DNA of 7,222 nucleotides from a virus (Duplodnaviria; Heunggongvirae; Uroviricota; Caudoviricetes): IMG/VR virus record IMGVR_UViG_2698536559_000008, positions 1 to 7,222 of that record; one strand, 5' to 3'. Shown piece by piece: positions 1 to 5,932 of this stretch (position 1 is its first letter; each line of letters starts with the position of its first letter). The notes under the pieces were generated by a model. It saw only the letters and a program-made list of their open reading frames with translations, ran no database searches and was not told where the DNA came from. The position numbers and the translations under genes were made by a program.

Positions 1-136
1 GTGCCTGGTGCCTCCAGGTGACGTTAACCAGTTAACAATTAACGCCGGATACAGAGAATCCACCCATAACACTGTTTTTGGTTTTAACTGTTCCGCGTGC
101 GCTTAGCCGCATTCACCGCATCACAAAATTCACTTT

Positions 137-194
137 AAAAAGGGCGGCAGAGCAGTCACGGAGTAAAACTGATACCGCCAAATGTCACCAGAAA
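137..194 (-). ncRNA. dicF: DicF small RNA (Hfq-dependent, ftsZ-targeting prophage sRNA), 53-nt core plus 3' U-tract
   Basis: Minus strand 194->142 reads TTTCTGGTGACATTTGGCGGTATCAGTTTTACTCCGTGACTGCTCTGCCGCCC followed by TTTTT (141-137). This matches my recollection of E. coli DicF almost base for base, with a GC-rich 3' stem (GGCGG...GCCGCC) and U-run. It lies downstream of ydfABC on the same strand, as in the dicB operon. Confidence 0.75.
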
Positions 195-448
195 ATTGAT
201 AACAGAGGGCGTTGTAGCGGGGTTGTCACTTAAGCGTATGGTCAACCTGACAACCCGGTGCATTTTCTGGAGCAATGGAGGAAACCCCAGCCATACTTAC
301 CGCCGCGCCATTTCGCGGACTGCCACAACCGGAAGCGCACGGTCGACGAAAATTTAACGACAGGCTATCTATGAACCAGCTACCTCGCCGTACGCTTTCG
401 CGTTGTGTGCCTGCTTTTAACCACGTCAGGCGAGGTGGTTCCTGTTAT

Positions 449-498
449 TCCCCAACAACAAGAAATTTGTATAATCTGGATATCCCCAACAACGAGAA
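449..498 (+). promoter_or_regulatory. Candidate promoter: consensus -10 TATAAT (470-475) bracketed by two 16-bp direct repeats TCCCCAACAAC[A/G]AGAA (449-464, 483-498)
   Basis: Seen directly: perfect TATAAT hexamer preceded by TG; two 15/16-identical direct repeats 34 bp apart flanking it; about 145 bp upstream of the 620-964 ORF. No good -35 identified. Confidence 0.3.
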
Positions 499-619
499 GA
501 GTATGTAACGTGATAGTTGAGTTCTCAGCAGCAATGTCGGCAATCAAAGAAACTGCGGTAATGGCAAAGGGTATTCTGAATGCAAAACTCAAACTGAGAT
601 AAATTCCGCTGTCAGCGAT

Positions 620-964
620 ATGCTTTCAAAACTTACGTCTGTTCAGTTTGAATGCGTATCGCTCATTGAGATGGTGCGCTCTTATCAGGAAGAAGCCGCA
701 TCTCTCAAAGCAAAAATTGCAGAGATAGAAGACTTTCAGCAACAGGCGGAAGGTTACAAACTTAACAAGCTTGATTCTGGAACTCTTGTGTATTCCAAGA
801 AGCAATTTATAGGCGATACCGAGATAACAGTGCATCTTTGCCCACAATGTTTTGGAAAAAAGGTAATATCTGTACTGCAACCAATGGAAATAATGCGCTT
901 TGATGCTCATTTTCGTACTTTTTGCCCCGCTTGCAATAATAAGTTCTGGATGAACTCAAGATAA
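620..964 (+). CDS. Hypothetical 114-aa protein: predicted coiled-coil N-terminal half plus C-terminal C4 zinc ribbon (CPQC-x24-CPAC); unknown function
   Basis: Intact ORF, ATG at 620, TAA at 962-964. N-terminal region is charged/heptad-like (EEAASLKAKIAEIEDFQQQAEGYKL); C-terminus has two CxxC pairs. More AT-rich than flanks and opposite in strand to the surrounding dic operon. No clear Shine-Dalgarno, so the start is uncertain (alternative ATG at 671). Confidence 0.5.
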   Translation: MLSKLTSVQFECVSLIEMVRSYQEEAASLKAKIAEIEDFQQQAEGYKLNKLDSGTLVYSKKQFIGDTEITVHLCPQCFGKKVISVLQPMEIMRFDAHFRTFCPACNNKFWMNSR

Positions 965-1007
965 TTAACCGTTTAAATAAGTTGGGACTATCCAGATTTT
1001 TAAAGAA

Positions 1008-1039
1008 CGTGCCGGATGCTCACCCGTGTCCGGCGCACG
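1008..1039 (-). terminator. Candidate hairpin between convergent genes (stem CGTGCCGGA / TCCGGCGCACG, 12-nt loop)
   Basis: Inverted repeat seen in sequence. On the minus strand the stem is followed by TTCTTTAAAAATC, a weak U-rich tract. No T-run on the plus strand after the stem, so it looks minus-oriented (after ydfC). Confidence 0.3.
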
Positions 1040-1099
1040 CACTCCACCTGACCCGTAGAGAACTCCTTAATTACCAACCTTATCCTCGTTGGTTAGCTA

Positions 1100-1318
1100 T
1101 TAACGCGGGTATGTAATCATTCTGGCAATGCTTAATGCCGCTGCTTTTTCCAAATTGGTGATATCCTGCTCCAGAGCGGACAGATTTTCAGCCTGCTTAG
1201 CCCTGGCTTCATTGGCCCATTTCAGATCCTGCGCTGCATTAATTTTCTGGCGCATCCACTCATAAAGTTCATCATCGGTATAGTCTGGCGCGATGATGAC
1301 GGGTTCTCGTTTATGCAT
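1100..1318 (-). CDS. ydfC: YdfC-like prophage protein (72 aa), last ORF of the leftward ydfABC cluster
   Basis: ORF with ATG at 1318-1316 preceded by GAGGAA Shine-Dalgarno (minus strand). Length 72 aa equals Qin YdfC as I recall it, and position after ydfA/ydfB matches the conserved operon order. Sequence identity to YdfC not verified. Confidence 0.55.
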   Translation of the reverse strand: MHKREPVIIAPDYTDDELYEWMRQKINAAQDLKWANEARAKQAENLSALEQDITNLEKAAALSIARMITYPR

Positions 1319-1365
1319 ACTGATTCCTCGCGGTGCTGTTTCGCTTATCAGCCGTTAGATTTTGC

Positions 1366-1476
1366 CTAACTGGAAAGCGCCTGTTTAAACTCACTGAAGC
1401 TGAGAGCCTCTTCGCCTTCGGCAAGGTCTTCGAAGTATTCTTCGTAAGCCTTTTCCATGATTGTGTCGAAATCCAT
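1366..1476 (-). CDS. ydfB: Small acidic protein (36 aa from ATG; 39 aa if in-frame GTG at 1485 is used), positional equivalent of YdfB
   Basis: ATG at 1476-1474 lies 2 nt after the ydfA stop (TGA 1480-1478), suggesting translational coupling. Translation is MDFDTIMEKAYEEYFEDLAEGEEALSFSEFKQALSS. Assignment is by synteny; exact start is uncertain. Confidence 0.45.
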   Translation of the reverse strand: MDFDTIMEKAYEEYFEDLAEGEEALSFSEFKQALSS

Positions 1477-1477
1477 A

Positions 1478-1633
1478 TCACTCACCTGAGTTTCTTTCCA
1501 GCCAGCGACGGGCACCATTTTCGGTTTTAAACGTTTTGCTTTTGGTATACGTCATCGCGGTGAACGTGCCGTCCTGGTTTGGGAACACGCCGTACACCAG
1601 AGATTCGTTGCTGCCAAGATCGATAGTATCCAT
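1478..1633 (-). CDS. ydfA: YdfA-like protein (51 aa)
   Basis: Internal ATG at 1633-1631 with GGAAATGAGG Shine-Dalgarno upstream gives a 51-aa product (MDTIDLGSNESLVYGVFPNQDGTFTAMTYTKSKTFKTENGARRWLERNSGE), the same length as Qin YdfA. The 69-aa ORF-track version (to 1687) is probably an over-extension. First gene downstream of the dicA-proximal leftward promoter. Confidence 0.6.
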   Translation of the reverse strand: MDTIDLGSNESLVYGVFPNQDGTFTAMTYTKSKTFKTENGARRWLERNSGE

Positions 1634-1709
1634 GCTGACCTCATTTCCCCTTAACGCCGGAGTAGCGGAACTGTTTGCTGAGAACACCGTGCGGTGTCTT
1701 GATGAGTGA

Positions 1710-1739
1710 AATTTAGAATAACCTAAGGCATATGGTCAA
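1710..1739 (-). promoter_or_regulatory. Candidate leftward early promoter for ydfABC(-dicF-dicB): -35 TTGACC, 18-bp spacer, -10 TAAATT, with a CCTTAGG operator-like motif inside the spacer
   Basis: Minus strand reads TTGACCatatgccttaggttattcTAAATT. CCTTAGG (plus 1722-1728) has the same core as the palindromic operators between dicA and dicC; a second CCTAAG is at 1758-1763. Confidence 0.35.
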
Positions 1740-1833
1740 GATTTTTATGTAGAAAAACCTAAGTTTTTGGTGTAAAAAACACAAGTGTTTGAAAGTTTGT
1801 GCTTTTTATTACAGGGTGTGGAGAAAAAAGGGG

Positions 1834-2241
1834 TTATTTGTTTGCGCTTCTTTTGCGAGCTTTAAGTAGTTCTTCAAAAAGTTTGTTGAAATTTTCAACT
1901 CGAGCACGCATCTCTGACAACAGGGCCTTTTGCTCTGAGTCAGGCAGTGCGTCGAACAGTTGAAGTAACTCTTTTTGATCTTCTGTCAGAATGGCTGGCT
2001 GATTATTCGGGATCGGTTCGCCTGGTTGTTTATCTTCATCCCCAAAAAGAAGCCAAGTCGGTGAGCACTGAAGCGCTTGGCTCAGTGCGAATAATCTTTT
2101 CCCCGCCGGCTGTGTTTCATCTCTTTCCCATTGAGAAATTGTTACGTGAGCCACTTTGACCAGCTTACCTAATGCGGCCTGAGACAGTTTTAATTTTTTA
2201 CGCCTATGTAAGAGGCGAGCACCGAAGGTTTCGTTTTTCAT
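1834..2241 (-). CDS. dicA: DicA-type prophage repressor (HTH XRE family, P22 C2-like), 135 aa
   Basis: 135-aa ORF with N-terminal HTH (LSQAALGKLVKVAHVTISQWERDETQPAGKRLFALSQALQCSPTWLLFGDEDKQP) closely resembling E. coli DicA as I recall it, and the same length. Divergent from a Cro-like gene, with palindromic operators between them. Confidence 0.88.
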   Translation of the reverse strand: MKNETFGARLLHRRKKLKLSQAALGKLVKVAHVTISQWERDETQPAGKRLFALSQALQCSPTWLLFGDEDKQPGEPIPNNQPAILTEDQKELLQLFDALPDSEQKALLSEMRARVENFNKLFEELLKARKRSANK

Positions 2242-2317
2242 ATTAGGGAATTCTAATTTTTCTTGACTTAGGTTTCTCTACGATCTAGTTTCCTTAGGAA
2301 AATCTAAGGAGCTCGAT
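2242..2317. promoter_or_regulatory. dicA/dicC divergent control region: operator palindromes and dicC promoter
   Basis: Perfect inverted repeat TCCTTAG-gaaaat-CTAAGGA (2291-2310) overlapping the dicC Shine-Dalgarno; related half-sites TTAGGG (2243-2248) and CTTAGG (2267-2272). Candidate dicC promoter: -35 TTGACT (2263-2268), 17 bp, -10 TAGTTT (2286-2291). On the minus strand TAGAAT ends 8 nt before the dicA ATG, suggesting a leaderless dicA mRNA like lambda cI from PRM. Confidence 0.5.
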
Positions 2318-2545
2318 ATGTTGAAAATTGATGCTATAGCGTTTTTTGGCAGCAAAACAAAGCTTGCCAATGCCGCAGGAGTTAGGTTGGCAAGCATTGC
2401 TGCATGGGGGGAACTGGTTCCTGAAGGTCGCGCGATGCGCCTGCAAGAGGCATCCGGCGGGGAACTTCAGTACGACCCCAAAGTTTATGACGAATATCGT
2501 AAGGCAAAGCGGGCGGGGCGGTTGAACAATGAAAATCACCCCTGA
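2318..2545 (+). CDS. dicC: DicC-type Cro-like regulator (75 aa)
   Basis: ATG at 2318 with AGGAG 7 nt upstream; divergent from dicA; small basic protein (MLKIDAIAFFGSKTKLANAAGVRLASIAAWGELVPEGRAMRLQEASGGELQYDPKVYDEYRKAKRAGRLNNENHP) matching my recollection of DicC (76 aa). Confidence 0.85.
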   Translation: MLKIDAIAFFGSKTKLANAAGVRLASIAAWGELVPEGRAMRLQEASGGELQYDPKVYDEYRKAKRAGRLNNENHP

Positions 2546-3080
2546 ACAGGTTTGTGAGGCTCTGGATGCCTGGGTATGCCGACCAGGAATGACACAGGAG
2601 CAGGCGACGATATTAATCACGGAAGCATTCTGGGCTCTGAAAGAACGCCCGAACATCGATGTTCAACGCGTCACGTTTGATGATGGCGCGGTTGATCAAC
2701 GGGCGCTGGGCGTTAACCGGGTGAAGATATTCGAACGCTGGAAATCTATCGACACCAGGGATAAGCGGGAAAAATTCACGGCGCTGATTCCGGCAATTAT
2801 GGCGGCTATCCGGATCAGTGATTTCAGGTTGTATCGTGAAATTACTGACGGAAAAAGCATTACGTACATGATCGCCGGGTTAAACAAAGAATATGGCGAT
2901 GTGGTGGAGTCAGGGCTACTTTTTGCGGATCCAGCTGTTGTGGAACGTGAGACTGACGAACTTATAGAAAAAGCTATTGCTTTCAAGCGTGCGTATCGTC
3001 AGCAATACCAACATTACTTTGCAGATAAACAAATATCTGTCTGGGGTTCGTATGAGTATCGATGCGCTACGATGGGCTAA
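2529..3080 (+). CDS. YdaT-family (CII-position) prophage regulatory protein, 183 aa
   Basis: ATG at 2529 overlaps the dicC 3' end in another frame. N-terminus (MKITPEQVCEALDAW...) and central motif (ERWKSIDTRDKREKFTALIPAIMAAI) resemble Rac YdaT as I recall it. Sits in the Cro-downstream position typical of YdaS/YdaT-type immunity regions. Family assignment is from memory. Confidence 0.6.
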   Translation: MKITPEQVCEALDAWVCRPGMTQEQATILITEAFWALKERPNIDVQRVTFDDGAVDQRALGVNRVKIFERWKSIDTRDKREKFTALIPAIMAAIRISDFRLYREITDGKSITYMIAGLNKEYGDVVESGLLFADPAVVERETDELIEKAIAFKRAYRQQYQHYFADKQISVWGSYEYRCATMG

Positions 3081-4092
3081 AAAGGTGAAAACCGGCAGTT
3101 CATCCAGTAAGTCAGTATTGACCTGGCTTGCTGATATGTGCGGTGCCGATTTGTGTGCATACCCGTCTGTATCTGCACTGGCAGAAGTAACGGAACTGAA
3201 CAAAAAGACTGTGCAGGACAGCTTACGACACCTGATGGAGATTGGGTTAATTGTTGATACCGGTGAGAGAAAAGGCCGGACAAAACAAATTGTGGTGTAC
3301 CGACTTATCGGTGTTGAAGAAAGTGTTACCGAGGATGAATACACCCAAAAACGGGAGTCTTTAAAGGTAGGTAAAATTGGTACTGTTAATAAAAACAGAA
3401 CCGAAAACGGTTATGTTTCAGCACAAAACAGCCCCAAAAACGGAACTCTTTGCTGCATGGAAAATAACCAAAGACACCCAAATTTTCCATCAAAGACACC
3501 CAAAAACGGATCACGGAACCCAAAGGAACCCAAAGATTTAAACCCCACACATAACGCACGCGAGAGTGCTCCGACCAGTGAGCAGGAAGTTTTGTCGTTA
3601 CAGGCAGTCCCCCCTGTATTCCTGGATGGCCTGAGCGAACCCATCGGAAAATTTCCGATGACCGATAACTGGTATCCGTCACGGGATTTTCGACGACGGG
3701 CTGCGTTGTGGGGGATGGCTTTGCCGGAGACAGAATTCACACCTGCTGAACTTGCCGCATTCCGGGACTACTGGGCAGCGGAGGGGAAAGTGTTTACGCA
3801 GGTTCAGTGGGAGCAGAAATTCGCCCGTCACGTAAATCACGTCAGGGCGCAGGTTAAACCAGTCAGCAAGGGGGTAAACCATGCAGCAGCACCAGGTGGA
3901 ACCGCATCACGGGCAGTTCAGGAAATTCGGGCAGCACGTGAGCAGTGGGAACGTGAAAACGGATTTATCAGCGACGGAAACGGCCTGGAAGCTGTGGGAG
4001 CTCATGGGGGAGGTTTATTCGAACCGCTGGACCCAGAAGAACGGGGCCGCACCTTCGAAGCTCTGGATTGCACAGATTGGCGCGATGACTGA
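3052..4092 (+). CDS. Phage replication initiation protein (lambda O-like role): N-terminal winged-helix DNA-binding domain, low-complexity linker, C-terminal DnaT-like domain; 346 aa
   Basis: Preferred start is ATG 3052 (MSIDALRWAKKV...), overlapping the upstream gene by 29 nt; the ORF-track start at 2977 is a probable over-extension. N-terminal wHTH (SVSALAEVTELNKKTVQDSLRHLMEIGLIVDTGERKGRTKQIVVYRL); C-terminal block DNWYPSRDF...FTPAELAAFRDYWAAEG...QWEQKFARHV is typical of phage replication proteins with a DnaT-like C-terminal domain. Stop overlaps the start of the P-like gene. Confidence 0.8.
   Translation: MSIDALRWAKKVKTGSSSSKSVLTWLADMCGADLCAYPSVSALAEVTELNKKTVQDSLRHLMEIGLIVDTGERKGRTKQIVVYRLIGVEESVTEDEYTQKRESLKVGKIGTVNKNRTENGYVSAQNSPKNGTLCCMENNQRHPNFPSKTPKNGSRNPKEPKDLNPTHNARESAPTSEQEVLSLQAVPPVFLDGLSEPIGKFPMTDNWYPSRDFRRRAALWGMALPETEFTPAELAAFRDYWAAEGKVFTQVQWEQKFARHVNHVRAQVKPVSKGVNHAAAPGGTASRAVQEIRAAREQWERENGFISDGNGLEAVGAHGGGLFEPLDPEERGRTFEALDCTDWRDD
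3341..3535. repeat. Iteron-like direct repeats (ACACCCAAAAACGG family) inside the O-like gene linker; candidate origin of replication
   Basis: ACACCCAAAAACGG at 3341-3354 and 3496-3509; variants ACAGCCCCAAAAACGG (3427-3442), CAGAACCGAAAACGG (3396-3410), AAGACACCCAAA (3471-3482) and GGAACCCAAAGGAACCCAAAG (3516-3535). AT-rich stretch at 3361-3420. Architecture parallels the lambda ori inside the O gene. Confidence 0.5.
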
Positions 4093-4546
4093 GCAGCAAA
4101 TCCGGCTGGTCTGCCGCCAGTGCATGGACTGCTGCCGGGCGGGTGAAACATGGCCTCCGGACCTGGCTGAGTTTGTGGCGCTGATTTCGGAAAGCGGGGC
4201 CAATCCATTTGGTCTGACGGTGGATGCTGTGATGGAGGAGTACCGCCGCTGGCGCAATGAGTCCTGGCGATACGACGGAAGTGATAAGTACCCGTGGTCT
4301 CAGCCTGTGCTGTATCACATTTGCCTCGAGATGCGTTCAAAGGGGATTGAACGCCAGATGACCGAAGGGGAGTTAAAACGGCTTGCAGAACGGCAGCTGA
4401 CGAAATGGGCAAAGCATGTTAGCAACGGCCTGAGTGTTCCGCCTGTCCGGCGACAACTGGCAGCACCCAAACGTCCTGCGGGACCAACGCCAATTGAGTT
4501 GCTGAAACAGGAATATGAACGCCGGAAAGCGGCTGGGTTTGTCTGA
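4085..4546 (+). CDS. Lambda P-like replication protein (helicase-loader family, C-terminal-domain homolog), 153 aa
   Basis: ATG at 4085 overlaps the O-like stop (TGA 4090-4092), the same arrangement as lambda O/P. The segment WPPDLAEFVALISESG...DKYPWSQPVLYHICLEMRS...GELKRLAERQLTKWAKHV...PPVRRQL parallels the lambda P C-terminal region (PSPGQFVAWCREEA...ESYPWKSNAHYWLVTNLYQ...AELRRKAADELVHMTARI...) as I recall it. The 221-aa ORF-track version from 3881 is rejected as an over-extension. Confidence 0.72.
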   Translation: MTEQQIRLVCRQCMDCCRAGETWPPDLAEFVALISESGANPFGLTVDAVMEEYRRWRNESWRYDGSDKYPWSQPVLYHICLEMRSKGIERQMTEGELKRLAERQLTKWAKHVSNGLSVPPVRRQLAAPKRPAGPTPIELLKQEYERRKAAGFV

Positions 4547-4578
4547 TTTGAGAAGTAATTTTTACCGGGAGGAAATTT

Positions 4579-5325
4579 ATGGAGACTGTTTTTGACGCAC
4601 TGAAAGCGATGGGAAAAGCCACGTCGGTAGAGCTGGCTGCGCGACTTGATATCAGTCGTGAAGAAGTGCTGAACGAGCTGTGGGAACTGAGAAAGGCTGG
4701 CTTCGTTGATAAAAGCGTATACACCTGGCGTGTGGCTTATAACAACGTTCAGCAGGAACAGCCAGCGCCGGCAGAACTGTCGGAAGAAACCACCACGGCA
4801 ACAGTCGCTAAAATTTCGGAGTGCGATTTAACTGCGACGGTTGAACAACGCGGACCACAAACGGCTGATGAGCTGGCTACGTTGTTCGGTACAACATCAC
4901 GCAAAGTGGCTTCAACGCTGGCAATGGCAATCAGCAAAGGTCGTCTGATTCGTGTAAACCAGAACGGTAAATTTCGTTACTGCATGCCGGGCGATAAGTT
5001 ACCAGCAGAGCCGAAATCCGTGCCGGTAACGGAAAATGATGGTAAAGCCTTTCCTCAGCCAGCAGGTGTTGCGTTACCAGTACAGGAAGCTGCAACACAG
5101 GAAGATATTAAAACAGAAACTGTGGCTGATATTGTGCAATCGTTGCCATCGTTTACTGAAACGCGAGCGGATGACCTGGTTTTACCATCGCTGCATATGG
5201 CAAACCGCGAATTGCGTCGGGCGAAAAGTCATGTCAAGAAGTGGGAGCGAGTCTGCGCCGCGCTGCGGGAGCTGAACAAGCACCGAGATATGGTTGCCGG
5301 GATTTGTCGGAAGTCCGGGCAATGA
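4579..5325 (+). CDS. Prophage protein with two winged-helix-like HTH segments (Ren/DUF1627-like), 248 aa
   Basis: Strong Shine-Dalgarno GGGAGG 8 nt before ATG 4579. Two wHTH-like segments ([30 protein letters not shown] and [32 protein letters not shown]) separated by an acidic/proline-rich linker. Position after O/P matches ren-region genes of lambdoid phages. Family assignment tentative. Confidence 0.65.
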   Translation: METVFDALKAMGKATSVELAARLDISREEVLNELWELRKAGFVDKSVYTWRVAYNNVQQEQPAPAELSEETTTATVAKISECDLTATVEQRGPQTADELATLFGTTSRKVASTLAMAISKGRLIRVNQNGKFRYCMPGDKLPAEPKSVPVTENDGKAFPQPAGVALPVQEAATQEDIKTETVADIVQSLPSFTETRADDLVLPSLHMANRELRRAKSHVKKWERVCAALRELNKHRDMVAGICRKSGQ

Positions 5326-5523
5326 GCGGATGGTGCAGGCCTGAAATTATGATACTAACAATGAAGGTAAAATGCATCGGCAGTCTGATTGGTCGTAGTG
5401 AGGCGGCGGTCAGGATGAAAGCCCGGGTTAAGGGAATAAGCCTGATTCTGCGGGGTAATTTTCACCAGTCAACAAAATATCCGTAGCGCGATAACGGTCA
5501 AAAATCATGGCGCTGACACTTTT

Positions 5524-5932
5524 GTGCCACTGGAGATGACTGTACCTAAGTTCAGGGGAGAAGAACACGTCCGGTGGGATGGTCGGGCCAGATTTAAAGG
5601 GCAGGTCATGGCTCCAGCCAGTACGCTGGCAATGGAGGCTGCCTGGCTGGAAATTGATATGGGAACCACGCCACTCAGGGATTTACTGCCGGTCCAGAGA
5701 ATAAATTCCTGTTACGGTTACACCACTGTGATCTTGCAAGTGCAGGAAAGTAGGTCTACACGGTAACGCGAGTGCGTGTAACTTTTGATGTTATTTCCGT
5801 AGAAACACCGGACAAATTTTCGCTGGCAGGTCATGCTGAAGGTATAAATCTGCAGATTATGGACAATTACGGATATCCGGCAAGAGCCGGAAAAAGCATG
5901 CCGCCTCTAATTCTCAGTGGAAGATGGACTTG
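5524..5932 (+). pseudogene. Possible disrupted gene: GTG-initiated 80-codon ORF (5524-5766) followed in another frame by a 49-codon open stretch (5785-5932)
   Basis: Two adjacent open frames on the same strand in different frames, with no ribosome-binding site or ATG start. Product not recognised. Could equally be non-coding spacer. Confidence 0.2.

Noticed and set aside
1-136. dicB coding sequence downstream of DicF on the minus strand
   Set aside because: Only a 26-codon ORF unrelated to DicB is present; dicB, if it exists, lies beyond the window start.
275-508. 77-aa plus-strand ORF (MEETPAILTAAPFRG...)
   Set aside because: Arg/Pro-rich and random-looking, no ribosome-binding site, and it runs across the candidate promoter and direct repeats; likely a chance ORF in GC-rich DNA.
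380-592. 70-aa minus-strand ORF
   Set aside because: Overlaps the promoter/repeat region and the small plus ORF; no start context; low-complexity composition.
626-910. 94-aa minus-strand ORF antisense to the 114-aa gene
   Set aside because: Fully embedded antisense to a better ORF; aromatic/hydrophobic random-like translation; no Shine-Dalgarno.
1478-1687. 69-aa version of the ydfA ORF
   Set aside because: The internal ATG at 1633 has a good Shine-Dalgarno and gives the 51-aa length expected for YdfA; the upstream extension would overlap the candidate promoter region.
1333-1709. Plus-strand ORFs 1333-1530 and 1461-1709
   Set aside because: Antisense to the coupled ydfA/ydfB genes, which have ribosome-binding sites and operon context.
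1947-2159. 70-aa plus-strand ORF inside dicA
   Set aside because: Antisense to the well-supported DicA repressor gene.
2294-2656. 120-aa minus-strand ORF across dicC
   Set aside because: Antisense to dicC and the YdaT-like gene; Cys/Arg-rich random-like sequence.
2977-3051. N-terminal extension of the initiator ORF (371-aa version)
   Set aside because: The extension lies entirely within the upstream gene in another frame; ATG 3052 gives the sensible N-terminus MSIDALRWAKK.
3341-3535. CRISPR array as an explanation for the repeats
   Set aside because: Repeats are short (about 14 bp), imperfect, irregularly spaced and lie inside a coding sequence; this is an iteron pattern, not a repeat-spacer array.
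3881-4084. N-terminal extension of the P-like ORF (221-aa version)
   Set aside because: Lies within the initiator C-terminal domain in another frame; ATG 4085 overlapping the O-like stop matches the lambda O/P arrangement. Kept as a minor caveat only.
2696-4724. Minus-strand ORFs antisense to the replication genes (2696-2986, 2916-3344, 3077-3283, 3386-3682, 3411-3740, 3679-3882, 3968-4318, 4002-4412, 4015-4257, 4419-4724)
   Set aside because: All are embedded antisense to coherent plus-strand genes with recognisable domains; their translations are low-complexity (Ser/Pro/Arg-rich), typical of shadow ORFs.
4749-5275. ORFs 4749-4937 (minus) and 5036-5275 (plus) inside the tandem-wHTH gene
   Set aside because: Embedded in or out of frame with the better-supported 248-aa gene.
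5241-5486. 81-aa plus-strand ORF (45 codons from ATG 5349)
   Set aside because: Its 5' part overlaps the preceding gene in another frame; the ATG-initiated part is short with a weak ribosome-binding site. Not called as a gene, but mentioned in the finding on 5326-5939.
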